64,000 bases of DNA. It comes from Lama glama. Taxonomy: Eukaryota. Below are positions 13,006 to 26,093 of this stretch, in pieces; within the stretch, counting starts at the first letter, position 1; every line of letters starts with the position of its first letter. The stretch is from assembly GCA_028534125.1 (NCBI GenBank), contig CM052817.1, positions 25,050,001-25,114,000 of the forward strand. The letters run 5' to 3'. Both the position numbers and the translations under genes were made by a program. The notes beneath the pieces are model-generated. The model was given only the letters and a program-made list of their open reading frames with translations, searched no databases and was not told the origin of the DNA.

Positions 13006-16000
13006 CAAAAAACAGAAGACTAATGTAGGGAAGAATGCCAGGAGTCTTCAGAATTAAAAAGATGGAAAACAAGATTGTTTAGATGGCCAGGAGAAACAGC
13101 TCTTCAGGGAACGTGATGGGGCTGTGGTGATGAGGTGAGTCTCTGTGGAATCTGTGCTGTTGTCCTGCTGCAAGGCTGCCATCATCCTTCATTTTCCCGT
13201 GCTCCCCCCATCCCCCCCGTTCCTGGGAGGAATGTGGGGGTGTCACAGCTGGAGGACTATGACCTCCCAGAGTTAAGGAGAGAGATTGCTGTTGACAAAG
13301 ACGAAGGTAGTTAGAAAAGAGATGCAGAATAAGTTCATCTGCTAGCCGCGTGCTTTGCATTGATCATTTCCCCCCAGAGGAAAATTGCGCTTTTGTATCA
13401 TGGGGAGTTTCAGATAGGTTCCCATGCACGTTTACACAATAACAGGGCTGCTGCAGTGTCTCAAAGCAAAGTAGTTATTTGCAATGTTCTCAGCAAATAA
13501 TTTGCAGAATGGTGGAGTCAGCTGAATTTAAGTTTCCCTCTACTTCCTGCCTGATAAACCCCTTTGCCTGTTTCCATGGTTTGAAAAAGGAGAGAAGAAA
13601 GGAAGTTGGCCACAGGGTTGTGAGCAGGGCTGCCGCACCACTGGGAGGCTTAGCAGCTCACTTCCCTATGCAGTGATTTTCAAATGCAGGAAATTAACTC
13701 ACTTTTCCAAGGAAATTATTGTTTTTTCCAAAAAATTCCAGTATATAAATGTGTAAGGATTGAGAGATGGACAAAATGACAATAATTGGGTTGGAGCAGT
13801 TGGTTCATAGGTAACATTTTTCTTTCCTATTACTTAAAAATTAATCAATTTTTAAATTTCCAGAGGAAGAAAAAGGTGCTAATTCTCTTTAAGAGATATA
13901 GATATTGCCCCCAAGTGCAATCAAATAAATGTAGGTGCCCCCTCCTCTCAGCAAAACTTTGAGGAGTCCTTCTTTCAACCCTTCAGTCACATTCCTTCAT
14001 TGTGTCCCCAAAGGAAATCCTTATTTGAGGCCCCCTCAGTCTAACAGAAGCTTCTGGAGCTGAGCTCTTCCAGCCTCGCTCATGCAAACCGTCGGGCGGC
14101 TTACTTGTCTTCAGAAGGATGGGCCCCTGGGGTGGCTTCCAGGCATCCTGTGGCTGGCAGCAGTACGAGGGCACCTGCTGGTGGGAATCAGCGTGGTCTT
14201 GTTAGTGGCTTTTAAAAAGTGGCTTTTTCCTGTCTAAAGCTAACTAGCCCTCCCTTGCAAGGCTCAAACCCATAACCTGCGTCTCATTTGCATCATCTTG
14301 CCAAGGAATGCGCTGACCTACTCAGAAAAGAGAAAGAGAAAGCCTTCGGTGGCCCTGGTACACGTGCTCTGAGACAGCCGGAGGGGCCTGGCCCGTGTAG
14401 AAAGCCCCTCTTGGTCTGGCCCCACGCTTTGCCACACGGCCTGGCCTCTTGCCTTACCTACTCTTTCAGGCTCCTGCGTGTGATGTGGTGCTTTCAGGCC
14501 TCTCTGCATTTCTACCTTTTCCTTCTGCTCTGGGCATCACTCCCTGGCTTCTTACCCAGCGAGTTTCTGTTGGTTCTTCAAGGCGAGGTTCGGCAGCCAC
14601 CTTTCCTTGTTGGGCATTTTCTTCCCAATTGTTCTTGTAACATCCTGGGCATAACTCGACCAAAGCGGTAGTTGGTGTCTCTGCGGCTTCTTTGTTGTGC
14701 TTTGTTCATGGCTTACTCCCCATTGCTCAGTACAACACTTGGCATGTATTAGATGCTCAGTGAGTGCTTGTTAAATTAAAGAAACTTCTCAGCAGTAAGA
14801 AGAGTGCTCTTAAGGAGTTTGAGAATAGGGTTAGGAAAGAAACATTTCTTTTTAATTATATTAAATACAGACAGCCCCAAATGAAATAAACATGCCCAGG
14901 GGTAGTTATTTATTTTTTTTTAACATACCAAAAAGAGAATTAAAGGAAAAAAAAAACACCTCTCCAAAATTCCCTTTGTTTTTAATTCATACAGTTTAGA
15001 AAAGTTTAGAATCACGGAAGCACTCTACTCATAAGTAGATTTGTTACAAAAACTAAGATCCTAAAGGAATAAAACTTAGAAAACCCAAGTTGTTAATCTT
15101 AAGAGACAGCGGATGTGGACTGCATATTTGATTATGCTCATGAACATTTCCCAGTTACTGTTTATTTTAATTGGCTGTCCAAATGCAAGGTACTTGCCTC
15201 ACGGAGTCTGAGCTATAGCAAATCATTAGCCTGGTAGTACAGTCCGTTCCCCAGGATCCCTGCACAGCGTTTTGATATTTATTCTGATAGATGCCATCAA
15301 TTTTTATTATGCTGCAAATACTCACATATTGAAAGGAATTTTTACTGTCTAAACCAAAGAAACTTCAAATTTTGTTTTGTTTTTGGAAACATCATTTCTA
15401 TTTAAAAATGTGTGCATTATAGAGCTGTTTAGATCTTTATGCTCCTACAGGGGTGAGTTACATGGGTAGACTGTGTCTTTTCTGTATCAGATGTTTCACA
15501 GGAGTCGTCTTCCACAGCACTGCCTGGATACAGGTCCTGCTTCCCTCAAGAAGCTCAAATTTCACAGATAGGATCGGTTTATCTCCCCCGCACCCATAGC
15601 CATACCTAAGGAGGAGGCAGCATCTGTCCTTTCTGGTTTCCCAGGGCTGCCCTGAGCCAGGATCTGTTTGAAGTTGTGGGAACAGTGGCCTGGGCTCTGT
15701 AAGGGCGGCTGCTCTCAGGGCTGCACCCAGGCTAGCATCACATCTGCTCACGTGACGTCTCCAGGGCTAACCCACCAGCTAGCGCCTGGGTCTCTCCTGA
15801 GTACCGTCCGCAAACCACCCTGGGACACCTCTCCTGTCTGCACAGCAGCATCCGGCCTTCACTCAGTGGCTTGTTTCTTAATGGCTTTGACATGTCACCC
15901 CCTAAACCACCCAGGGAGGCACACGCCGGGGGTTCTTCTCACCTGCTTTTGTCTTCCTTGACTTGCAAATTCCACTTTGCAGCTTCTTTGACTCTTTCAT

Positions 16001-16946
16001 GCTCCTGCAGCCAAAAAAAAAAAAAAAAAAAAAAAATTAAGAAAAATATTGACAGTTGCCTCTAATTAGACTTATTCTCTCATCTTTTAAAATTATATTT
16101 TTTCTTACATTATTGTTCCAGTTGTTGGGTAACTTTCCAGGATTCAGTCACCCAACGATTAGTTACTGGTGCTGTGGACCCCAGGACATTGGAGTCTTCG
16201 GATGGCTTCAGCCCTGAGGAAGGGGGCCAGGGCTGGGCTGGCTACTGGGCCACATGCCCTCCCTCTCCCTGTGCACAGTCGGGCTGGGGATTGTTAACAT
16301 TTGCCAACCGTTCTAAGAGAAAAGTATGGTGTGAACTAGAAAATACTGACAAAGTTCTTTGAATTCTTCAGAGGGAACAATGTTTTTTATTCCATTATTG
16401 TGCTGAAATTCAGTATACTTGTAAGTATTTAATAATGTACTTTTGCAATGGTTGCAGGCTTATTACAGTTTTTAGAGATCTTTTAATTCAACCCCTTATT
16501 TCAAAGCAGAGGAAAGAGAGGCATTTTTTTTTCACCTTAACAGCATCAAAAATTAAGATGGAGTATTTGTTAAAATCTTTGTTTTACTCATGAAAACATA
16601 TGTTTTAGCAATAAACTCCTTGGAAATCCAGAGAATTCCTGGAAAAATAGACTTAATAAAAAGTTTTCTTTTCCACAATTCAACTTTTGAAGTATTTTTA
16701 AATTTAATTTTTTTTTTGGAGCAGAAAAAGATTTATCTGAAACTGTGACAAATCTCAGCAATATGTTGGTGTAAATATATATATACATTTATTATTTACA
16801 GCATCACCTTGACAGCTGTATCTGACATATCAGCATCTTGCACTTCGGGGTTGCGTGTCCCACTGTCCTGCTCCTCAACATCTGGGAAGGGAAATGGACT
16901 GTAAACTGGTCTTGGTTTAACTTTCTGATTTTCTGTGTTTCTGCAG

Positions 16947-17116
16947 ATATGATCTTTCTTCAGGGATCAGAGGTCATATTTAAAGTGGCTTTAAGTCTGT
17001 TGGGAAGCCATAAGCCCTTGATTCTGCAGCACGAAAACCTAGAAACCATAGTTGACTTTATTAAAAGCACGCTCCCCAACCTGGGCTTGGTGCAGATGGA
17101 AAAGACCATCAGTCAG
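16947..17116 (+). CDS. TBC1D1: TBC1D1 coding exon ([16 protein letters not shown]...MEKTISQ)
   Basis: Acceptor tttctgcag|AT and donor CAG|gtatga; 170 nt, phase 1 to 0. Confidence 0.97.
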
Positions 17117-19241
17117 GTATGACTCAGCCCGGACCCTCTGAACGCTCCAGCAATCCTGGATGTGCAGAGCTGAGTTTCTCTTTCCTTTGAGTGGGAGCTG
17201 TTTCTTACCACTCAGTGTCCTGAGCAGCATTGCTCAGTGTGCGGGAGGCACGTCGCAGTTACGTGTTCCGTGATTAAATGTGTGTCCGAGTGTGCGTGTG
17301 CTGTGAGTGTGTGCATGTGGTAGCCCGCACAAACCGTCAGTACTTTCTTACAGTTAAGTCTACACCCCTCGTCATTTGTTCTTCTGAAATACATACATTT
17401 TTATTCAACGTAGGCTTTTGTAAAATGAGTGCTAAGATATTTGTGCTGAATGGTTTTAACTGGAATTTTCTAAAAATAACTTATTGATACAGAGTTGTGA
17501 TGAGTATATTCTATAGGTTTGTTCCATGATGTGTGTGTGTTTTTAATAGACTTCAGTTCCACATCTGTGGTCTCAGCACCTCTGGTTTCTGTGTTCAGTA
17601 GAACCATCACTCTGAAATGTGAGGGGTTGTGGGCGAAGTGAGCTGGTCATTGCAGCTAGACCAGTGGTCTGGGCTAGGAGTGGGAGCATTTTGACTCTGT
17701 AATGATTGCTGACCGTGCAGGACTGAGCTGCTGTGCAGAAGGTGAGGTCACCTTTGGAAGTGTGCAGAGGCCGGGTGGCTGGGTGCTCGGAAAGAGATCT
17801 CTGCGTCGGGCCTCAGAAGCCTAGAACTAACCTCACCTGCTCCAAATATAGAGCAATTAGGTAAAAACAAGTTGTGGGATAAAACTATGTTTTAAAAAGT
17901 CCTCCTTAGGATTTCTGACAGTCCAAGAGTGGTGGGTTGCGGCCAGTTGCAGCATTTGTGGTTTTGTCTGCTGCCCTTTCTTAGGTGCTGAGCCCCGAGA
18001 AGGAGGCAAGTCTGGCCTGGAAAGGGGAGAGGGTCCCCCGGGGTGCCACTCCCATGTGCCTGTGTGAGGGAGCAGCTCTCTCCTCTCTGCCCCGTCCCCT
18101 TTGTTCCTTCCCTGGTGCCTCTCTCCGTGTGAATAGCTCCGGCTTGTTGAGGCCCTGCTCTTTGCCGGGTTCCGTGTGGATCTGCACATACGCACGCGGT
18201 CTCATTTGATCATGACTGTGTTCCTGAGAGGGCCGGTGGCTTTAACCCACTAGCAACCTAGGGCTGAGCGGTTAATTAGCTTCCCGCAGCCACGCCTCTG
18301 CGAAGTAGAAAGGTGGGGTTGCAGACTCGGGCCCTCTCAGACCTTCAGACGCCCAGCGGCTGCTCTGCCCCACCATGTGCCGCAGGGTGGTGTTCATCGG
18401 CTTGCTGTATTTTACCCGTATTCCGAGACTGAATTCTCCACCCTTTACTTCTTTACTTTCGAATATTACATGCATTTACTCCCTTTTTGAGCTTTCATTG
18501 CGTGCACTTCCGTGTTTTGGCTGCAGGGGCAGACGCCCGAGCCTTGGTTCCCTAAGCTGCACTCCACGCCAGTGAGTGCCCTGACCTGGAGCCTGGGGCC
18601 TGGCTCTACGGCAGGCAGCCTCCCTGATGTTGTTTACCTCCTGGATGTTGAGCACAGAAAAAAAAAAATTCTGTTTCCCTCCCCTTTTCTGTAAAGGATA
18701 CTTACTGAGGCTACAAGTCTGCCTTCACATGTTGGAAGTATAGAAAGAGACACAGTGTGGAGAGAGGACAGTTTTGTGTGTGTCCCTGAATGGCTTCTGT
18801 TTGGAACCTGGCATCCTTTACTCCGCTGGTTCCTTAACACCCCTGGGGCATGGTGCATGGCATCATTATCCCCATTTGTATAGATGGGGCCCTGGGCTCA
18901 GAGGGAGCGACATCCCCAGCACCTTGTGCAGAGGGACAGAGCCAAGAGTGTGCTGTGCCCTTGGACACCGAAGCCCATCCTGTGCAGGAAATGAGTGTGA
19001 CCCAGTAATTTCAAGTGTGGTGTGAGCTCCAGCAGTGCTCGTGCAGGCGGTGCCGGGCCGTGCAGGGAGTGTGTAGGGAGCAGGGCTGGCAGCAGTTGTG
19101 GGTTGAGTTGGGCGGGGCCTGAAGAGTGTGCTGAGAAGGTGGGGTGGCCACACCTTTCTGCAGGGGCCGGAGAGGAAGCGTTTTAGGCTGTGAGGGCCGT
19201 AAGGACACATAAGGTCACCTGCAGCCTGAAGGCAACCACAG

Positions 19242-19292
19242 CCGGTGTGTGTCGGAATGCAGTGACCGGTGTGTGTCGGAATGCAGTGACCG
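19242..19292. repeat. Perfect 24-bp tandem duplication
   Basis: ccggtgtgtgtcggaatgcagtga twice, plus ccg. Confidence 0.95.
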
Positions 19293-20292
19293 TGCTGCAG
19301 TGCGGCTTTATTGACAGCACACAGTGGGACAGCCTTGGTCCAGGGCTGTAGTCACGCGGCTCCCTCCGCACTTCACCGGACACACCAAGGCACAGGAGCG
19401 AGAGTTCTGGGTGCCCCGCGGGGTGCAGTTTTTTCCGGGGAGGCGAGGGCATTGGAAGTGGAGTGTGGGGAACACAGATCTCCATCTTGAGGTCTAGGTC
19501 TTCATCCTGCCACAAGTCCCAATGGGAAACAAGACATAACGGCAGGCAGCTCTCTGCCCTCCCTCCTTCCCTCCCACGTGTTCCATCTGGAACTTGACCT
19601 CTGAGGGCTGGCTTTCTGCCTTCTGGCTGCCTCCTCTCCTCTCCCCTCCCCTCCCTGCAGAGGGTGCGCTGGTCTCAAGTTCTTCTCAGAGATGAGGCCT
19701 GAGGTGCAGTGCGATTTCTCTGCAGCCTTGGGGAGCCCTCAGGCTGGAATCTTGGCGTCCCCAGGGTGGGTGTGGTAGCTGCTTTCCCTGCGCACGGCCG
19801 AGTGTGTTCTGTATGTGGAGGGGCACAGTCAGGGTGGGACTTTGTGATAGCCACGGCCCCATCTCGTTAAATGCCCCTCTGTGGAGGCCTCAGCCTGAGC
19901 GGCTGGGCACAGTCCACATCCCGCTGGGAGAGAGTAACCAAGGGCAGGGCCCTGGCGCTCCCGCCCGGCACAGATGGGCAGGAGCAGCCGTCGGCGGGAC
20001 AGGGGGTGGGCAGGTCCAGACCTGCCAGAGCCCAGGATGCAGAGGCAGGGTCTGAAGGCTCTGTGGTAGCTCCTCAGTGTGGCTTAACTGTCAGTTGGAT
20101 GCAAGCCATAAAAATCCCCTCAGAAGAAGGGGGGAAGCCCGGGGAATAAACCGAAGGGAAGAGAAGGGGGGGTCCAGGTCGAGGTCTCGGAGCAGCAAGT
20201 GCTGTTGCCTGTGCAGCCCCAGTTCCATGTGGGGAGGAGAACAGGTGGAGGGGCTTGGGAGGCAGGGCGAGCAGCCTACTGCCAGCATCCTT

Positions 20293-20450
20293 TGGGCCGT
20301 GTTCAAAGTCGGGCCCCAGACCAGCACCGCCATCTTAACGTGTAGGAACTTCTGCAGAATCAGGGCCCTTCCCCAGACCTGCTGAGTCAGAACCCGCGTT
20401 TTCAGTGAGAGCCCCAGGGGATCCACATGCGGGGAGCATCAGAAGGCTGT
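20293..20450 (+). mobile_element. MER5-type MITE
   Basis: ttcaaagtcgggccccagaccagca...ccccagacctgctgagtcagaa...ccccaggggat. Confidence 0.65.
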
Positions 20451-21039
20451 GCCGTGGCCACTCCGGAGTGAACACACCAGGCGATTCTCTGCTCTAGCTG
20501 AGCTTGTAGGAGAGAAGCCAGGATCTTCACAAAGTCTCTTTGTATAGAAGACGCTCTCTGCAGTCCCAGTGGCCAGGCTGCCCCTTCTGCTGTGGGAGGA
20601 GCCCTCGTGCTTGGACGGCTTGCGCTGTTGAGAATTAGTTTTCTAAAAGGCCAGTCAGTGCCGTACAGAGGGTGGGGTACGCAGGGAGGAGTATGTTACC
20701 ACTGGCATTGCTTAGAAGTGCTGGCATGTGGGGATAATAAAAAGCAGATCACCTTTTGGTTGGGTTTATTATTGTCTTTAAGTTCACTGCAGACACTGCG
20801 CCCTTATTTCCGACATGGGAGGACTGCATGCAGCCCTTGGTACGCTACCAAGACCGCCAGGCTCGGGGGTTCGGGTGCCGGGCGGAAAGCATGTGACTAG
20901 TTCTGCAGCTGGCAGGGTAAATGGCCTCGCTACAGAGTGTCCGCAGACAGCAGAGAAACGCTGAAGAGCAGAGGGGCCAAGAACAGAAATGGATATACTG
21001 TATCTGGCACATTCTTATGCTGCTAATGACATTGTATGT

Positions 21040-21340
21040 TGATTATTCCCATTTGGGGAGCAATTTGGTAATGTATTTCACTGGCCAGTATTCATACCCT
21101 TTGCCTCAGTAATCCCATTTCTTGGAATATATGCTTAGGAAATAATCCAAAATATGGGAAAAGCCATACATATGAGGATGCTGAGAGTTGTCTTTTATGA
21201 CAACAAAAACTTGCAAGTAACTGGATACCCAACACATGATGAATGGATTAACACGGTTGTTAATTCGTCGAGTTGGTAGAATACCATGAAGCCTTTTATA
21301 GTTACGGTTATAAGAAGGTACAGCAACGTGAAAAAGCGTT
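21040..21340 (+). mobile_element. Old L1 (L1M/L1ME-type) 3' fragment
   Basis: gcaatttggtaatgtat...ccctttgcctcagtaatcccatttcttggaatatatgcttaggaaataat. Confidence 0.65.
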
Positions 21341-21869
21341 GTTCGAGGACCAGGGCTCTCCTGTCACCAGCAGCCACACACTGCCATAGTCAGGCGTAAA
21401 TTCCCAGGCACAACTGCAAAATCAAGGGCTCCAAGTGTTTTGGCAGCCAGGAGATAATGATGCAATTAAGCAGAGATGATTATGACCTGGGATGGTTCCT
21501 AGGGATTAATGGAAGCCTGAAAGAGCGCTCTGCCTTGTGCACAGCTGAGAGCCATTAACCTTAGCTGTGCGTCACTCTGCATCAAAGGCCAGAGGTTCCG
21601 TTCCCAGGTTTTCCAGGTTGGGAGCTCATTTAAAAATCTCTGTGGAAGAAGGAAAGTTGTGTAAATGACATTTATTCTGCACCATATTTGTAATTACACA
21701 CCCATGCCACAGCAATCTCAGTTTTATTGTGTGCGGTTTTGGCTCTGTTTGAACTGTTCAGAAGTTCCATGATGTGGCACCCCTTGTGATTTTGCTGCAG
21801 CACAAGGCTGAGTGTGAGAGATTTTGCGACAAGCGTGTGGAAGCCAAGTGGGCACCAGCTCAACTGGCT

Positions 21870-22045
21870 GCCAGGCATGTGTCTCACAATTCCCACAGCG
21901 GTGCTGGGAGGCCTGGTTATCACCCTCATGTTGGAGGCCAGAAACTGAGGCCAGGAGAGGGCAAGTAACTTGCTCAAGGTCATTCAAGGAGTCGCCAGCC
22001 CAGCTCCGCTGGAGGACTGACTCAAATCTTCTGAGTCAGTTTTCT
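21870..22045 (-). mobile_element. MIR fragment
   Basis: gaaactgaggccaggagagggcaagtaacttgctcaaggtca. Confidence 0.7.
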
Positions 22046-23306
22046 TGACTGTGGAATAGATAATCCCTGCTGATCTCGTGGTCCTCTGAGGGACAGCAGA
22101 GGGTCACATCAGTACAGCCGACTGCGCGCGTGCACACACGCCCACAGATACAATATGTATAATTAGTTTTTCAGCCTAGAATGACTTTTGTGCCTAATTA
22201 GTATTAGCCATTGAATTAAATTGAAAATCAGGAAGCTGAAAAATTAATCTTAAGGAAGAGAAAATAAGATTACTGGGAATGGTGAGAAAGTAAACATGGT
22301 TTTTGAAAGTTGATTTCAGGGAAGATAGGACTCGCCAGTGTTTGAATGCTAATGGGATGCTATCAAGGGAAATGAGGTTTTCATTGATTTTTTTTAACTC
22401 CGTTGGAGTTTCTTAGGGAAATGCAGTGAAGAGTCAGTTTCTGCTCTTATAAAGACCAATTTCATTCTCCAAATGTGTGTTCTGATCATGCTGGCATTTT
22501 TAATATGGTGATTAAATTCTCAGGTTCACACTGGGGCTTCATACCTGGGGCGGCAGCAGAATTCTGACCCCCTCTTTGGCCCTGCCTCCATCAAGCTTAC
22601 TCACCGGGAGAAAGTTCAAACATGAACAGCTCACTCACTTGTGCACTTCGGGGTTGTTTTTCACACGAGTGGTTTTTTCATCACTGTTACTATTATGGGA
22701 AGGAAGGCAACTCAGGCATTGTTTCATATTCACTCATCTGTGTGGGTGACATTTGGGTTTTGGCTCATTTCTGCATATCTTATGTGCAGAGGAGGGTTGT
22801 TCAGTAAACAGTTCCATTACTTAGCTGTTTTGTAACTCTGAAAACCCAGCTGAACTGTAATTAAACTTTGACCTAGTGACTGGGCAGATAGGGCTGTGAT
22901 TCTCTGTTCTCTTCTCTCTCTGACCCCATTGTTGCTGATCTAACCTAATAGAATTTTTAGAGAAAATGGCTGTGTAAGTACTGAAACAAGAATTTAAAAT
23001 AAATTGTTGTAAACCTTTTAAAAAATAAGGTTTTGGCTTTTGGAATATGAGTGCTAGAGACCCACACTTACTATTACCTTGGGCTTATTTTTAAATACTT
23101 ATATCCTCTCTTCCCAAGTGAAGTTACCACCTTCTCAGTTCAGGAGCTTTCCTTGTTTGTCGGTAGTCAGTATCAGGCGGCATCAGGTGCTTGGTTGGAT
23201 GCCCGTTGACATGGCTCTGTGTGCGTGTGTCTGTGTGTGTGTGAGAGAGAGCAAGAGAGAGACTTTTCTCATCCTCAGTGCCTGATGACTCTTCTGTACA
23301 TAACAG

Positions 23307-23480
23307 GTGTTTGAGATGGACATCTCAAAACAGCTACAAGCTTACGAAGTTGAGTACCATGTGCTTCAAGAAGAACTCATCGATTCCTCTCCTCTCAGTG
23401 ACAACCAAAGAATGGATAAATTAGAGAAAACCAACAGCAGCTTACGCAAACAGAACCTTGACCTCCTGGAACAACTGCAG
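23307..23480 (+). CDS. TBC1D1: TBC1D1 coding exon ([21 protein letters not shown]...LLEQLQ)
   Basis: Acceptor taacag|GTG and donor CAG|gtagag; 174 nt, phase 0 to 0; start of the C-terminal coiled coil. Confidence 0.97.
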
Positions 23481-26009
23481 GTAGAGCGTGTTTGTGAGGC
23501 CACCTCCTGACCCGAGAGTGTGTGGTGGTTCATTAACTCACCAGAGGCCCTGCGGGCCAGGTTTTCCCATGACCGTTCTCTCCTGGCTTGTTTGCAGTGG
23601 GGATCAAAGGTAGCCTAGGAGAATTGTTCCTTTTTATTAGGAAGCAGACAGATTATCCCTTGCCGAGGTCAGACGCTCCTGGAACTTCCTGAGTAGCCGT
23701 TTCTGCACTGAGCCCTTCAGGAGACAGACCCAGAGGTGAACTGGGTGCTGCAGTGCTGTTAGCCAAACGCCAGCAGCTGTGCTTTGAGTGATGACGAGAG
23801 AATCAGAAGCATGAGCTTTCATGAGCGAAACCGGCTAGATCCACAGTGATGCCAAGTGAGGAAAGTGCCACAGAATCTACCTAATAAAATAAACCAGAGT
23901 CCCTGGTGCAAATACAAAGATTTGGTTAATGAAGGACACAGCCCCCCCTCTAGCAGCTTCCGTTTTAACATGGATAAACGTGGGTGAGACATCCAGTAGA
24001 AAGACCCAGACCGCGCACGCAGAAGGGCGAGGTGGAGACCTGGATGTTGTCGGGTGCGTGTTGCCCACGCCGCCCCCCGGGCAGACTGCTGACCTGCTCT
24101 GTTCTGTCCCTCGAGTGTGAGACAAGGACAGAGAGATACCTAACTGCTCAGCACAGCTTCTTTACCTGTCAGATGGAGTAAAGTAAGCGCACAGCCTACT
24201 TTTTAAATGTCATAAATGGGTGGTAATGCTGTTACTGGTGAGGAATTATTTCTGGTGGGGTGTTAAAAATTATATTTGAGCTGCTGCAGAGAAAAATTTG
24301 TTTTTTTCCCCCAAAATATGTATTCTGTGGTGTTCCTGGACTGTCTTTAGAATAAGCTTTCCATCCTGGTCTAGGCCTCTTTACTTTTCTCCGTGGAAAG
24401 TTGCTGCTTTGCAGACACAGGCTTGGCAGTGATGGGAGAGAGGCCAGCATTTGGGAGTTTAAATCAGCCCTTGTTTAAAGTGTACTCCTCCCGGCAGGGG
24501 TTTACCCGAGTGGAACCTAGTCGACATTTACTGTAGAGGAACAAAGGAAAGGCTTTCCCTACTCGGTCCTGATTACCAGTCACGTTCTGAAAGTTAGTTG
24601 CTTTCCCCTCTCAGACTGAGATGTCCTAGCTGAGAATATGTCTTTGTGGCTGCCTGGATGCAGTCTCTCCAGGATGGAATGGCTGTAACCTGAAAGGGAG
24701 GCCAGGGGATGAAGAGCTGGTCTGCCTGTAAGGGTCTGCAGTACAGGTGGTCATTTAAAATGCCTTCCAGACAGTTGGCCCCTGAACTGTAGCATGCTGA
24801 AAACATTCCTGGCAAAGCTCAGATCTGCATTGGAAGCATTTGTCTCATTAAGATAGCACTCAAATAAAAGGTTTGTTTTATTGGGCTAATACCCGTGTGG
24901 GTCTTCTGGTGATGAGGAAGGGAAGGAATTTCGTGCTGCTTTTGTGATACTGCGCCCCTTTTGTGAAGACAGGGAGTTGTGAAAAGCTGCTCAGATATCT
25001 GCAGCCCTCAAGGCAGGCGTCAGGCTGTCCTTGGCGATAACAGATGTTCTCTTTGGAGTGTTGACCAAGGGCTCTTGGGGTGTGTCAGTTTGTGGGCGCC
25101 TGAATGTAGTTTTCCCATTACCCTTAGAGTCACGTGGACTTACTGTCTTTCAGCCAGACTGCGTAAGTTCTGTCAGACTCACACCTCTTTTCACTTTTTT
25201 TTTTTAAAACAGTTTTCAGGGTCCCAGGATAGGTGTTGAGTGCAATGTTTAATTTTCAAACCTAAATCTTTGGTTTTTTCCCCCAGAGCATCAAAATGGA
25301 CCAGTTTCCTGGCTTTGTTCCATTCATACAGTTGTTGGACCTACCAAAGTCCCATTTATTTTCTTGTTAAACACCTAAGGATGGTGTCTGGCAGCTGGAG
25401 ACCACACTGTCCAGCCTCCTTTGTCCAGCAGCATGCATGAGACGATTGCATAGACATGCCTAGCGGTGCTGGACGGTAAGGGACATGCATTTTCCATGGC
25501 AGGCAGCTACCAGGCATTGAGTGCACGAGCAAGGTGCTGGGGGAGCCCAGACCCCTGTGCATGTTGAGGCATGCTTGCTCCCATGAGAGCTGCATTCTCG
25601 TGAGGAGAGACCAGGCATTGAAGCAGAACAGTAAATGACCGTGCACATCAGCTCCCTGCTAAGCCAGGAGGTCCTGCGGGGAGTGCTGTGGACTTCAGTG
25701 GGGCAGCCCTTTGTGGGGGTGAGGTGGGACCCGCCCACGGGTAGGATTGAGACAGGCTCTCAGCCCCTTTTTCTTTCTATTTTGAGTGTTTATGTCACAG
25801 CCGGAGCTACGCTTTGAGTCATGAATTGTCTGTCTGGCACAAGCGTTACCTTGTTCAAAAAACTGTTTCCCTTGTTTTGAAAACAAGACAAAATATGTAC
25901 CATTTCCCACCTGAAATCAACAGGGATGTGTAGGGCTGGAGGGTTGAAGGCGCCGCGCGGTGCCTCACTGACCCCGTGACCTGTGCGCCCAGGAACACAG
26001 CTGTGAGCT

Positions 26010-26093
26010 GGGACAGGCCGGGGGGCCCGGGGACAGCAGTGCGCAGAGGCCGGGACAGGCGGGGGCGCCCTGGGACAGCAGCCCGTGGAGGCC
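26010..26093. repeat. Imperfect 42-bp GC-rich tandem duplication
   Basis: gggacaggccggggggcccggggacagcagtgcgcagaggcc followed by gggacaggcgggggcgccctgggacagcagcccgtggaggcc. Confidence 0.85.

Noticed and set aside
16013..16036. A24 tract as the tail of a retrocopy
   Set aside because: No recognisable SINE, LINE or mRNA body and no TSD; treated as a mononucleotide microsatellite.
19242..19292. CRISPR-like repeat
   Set aside because: Only two abutting copies, no spacers, and a eukaryotic context.
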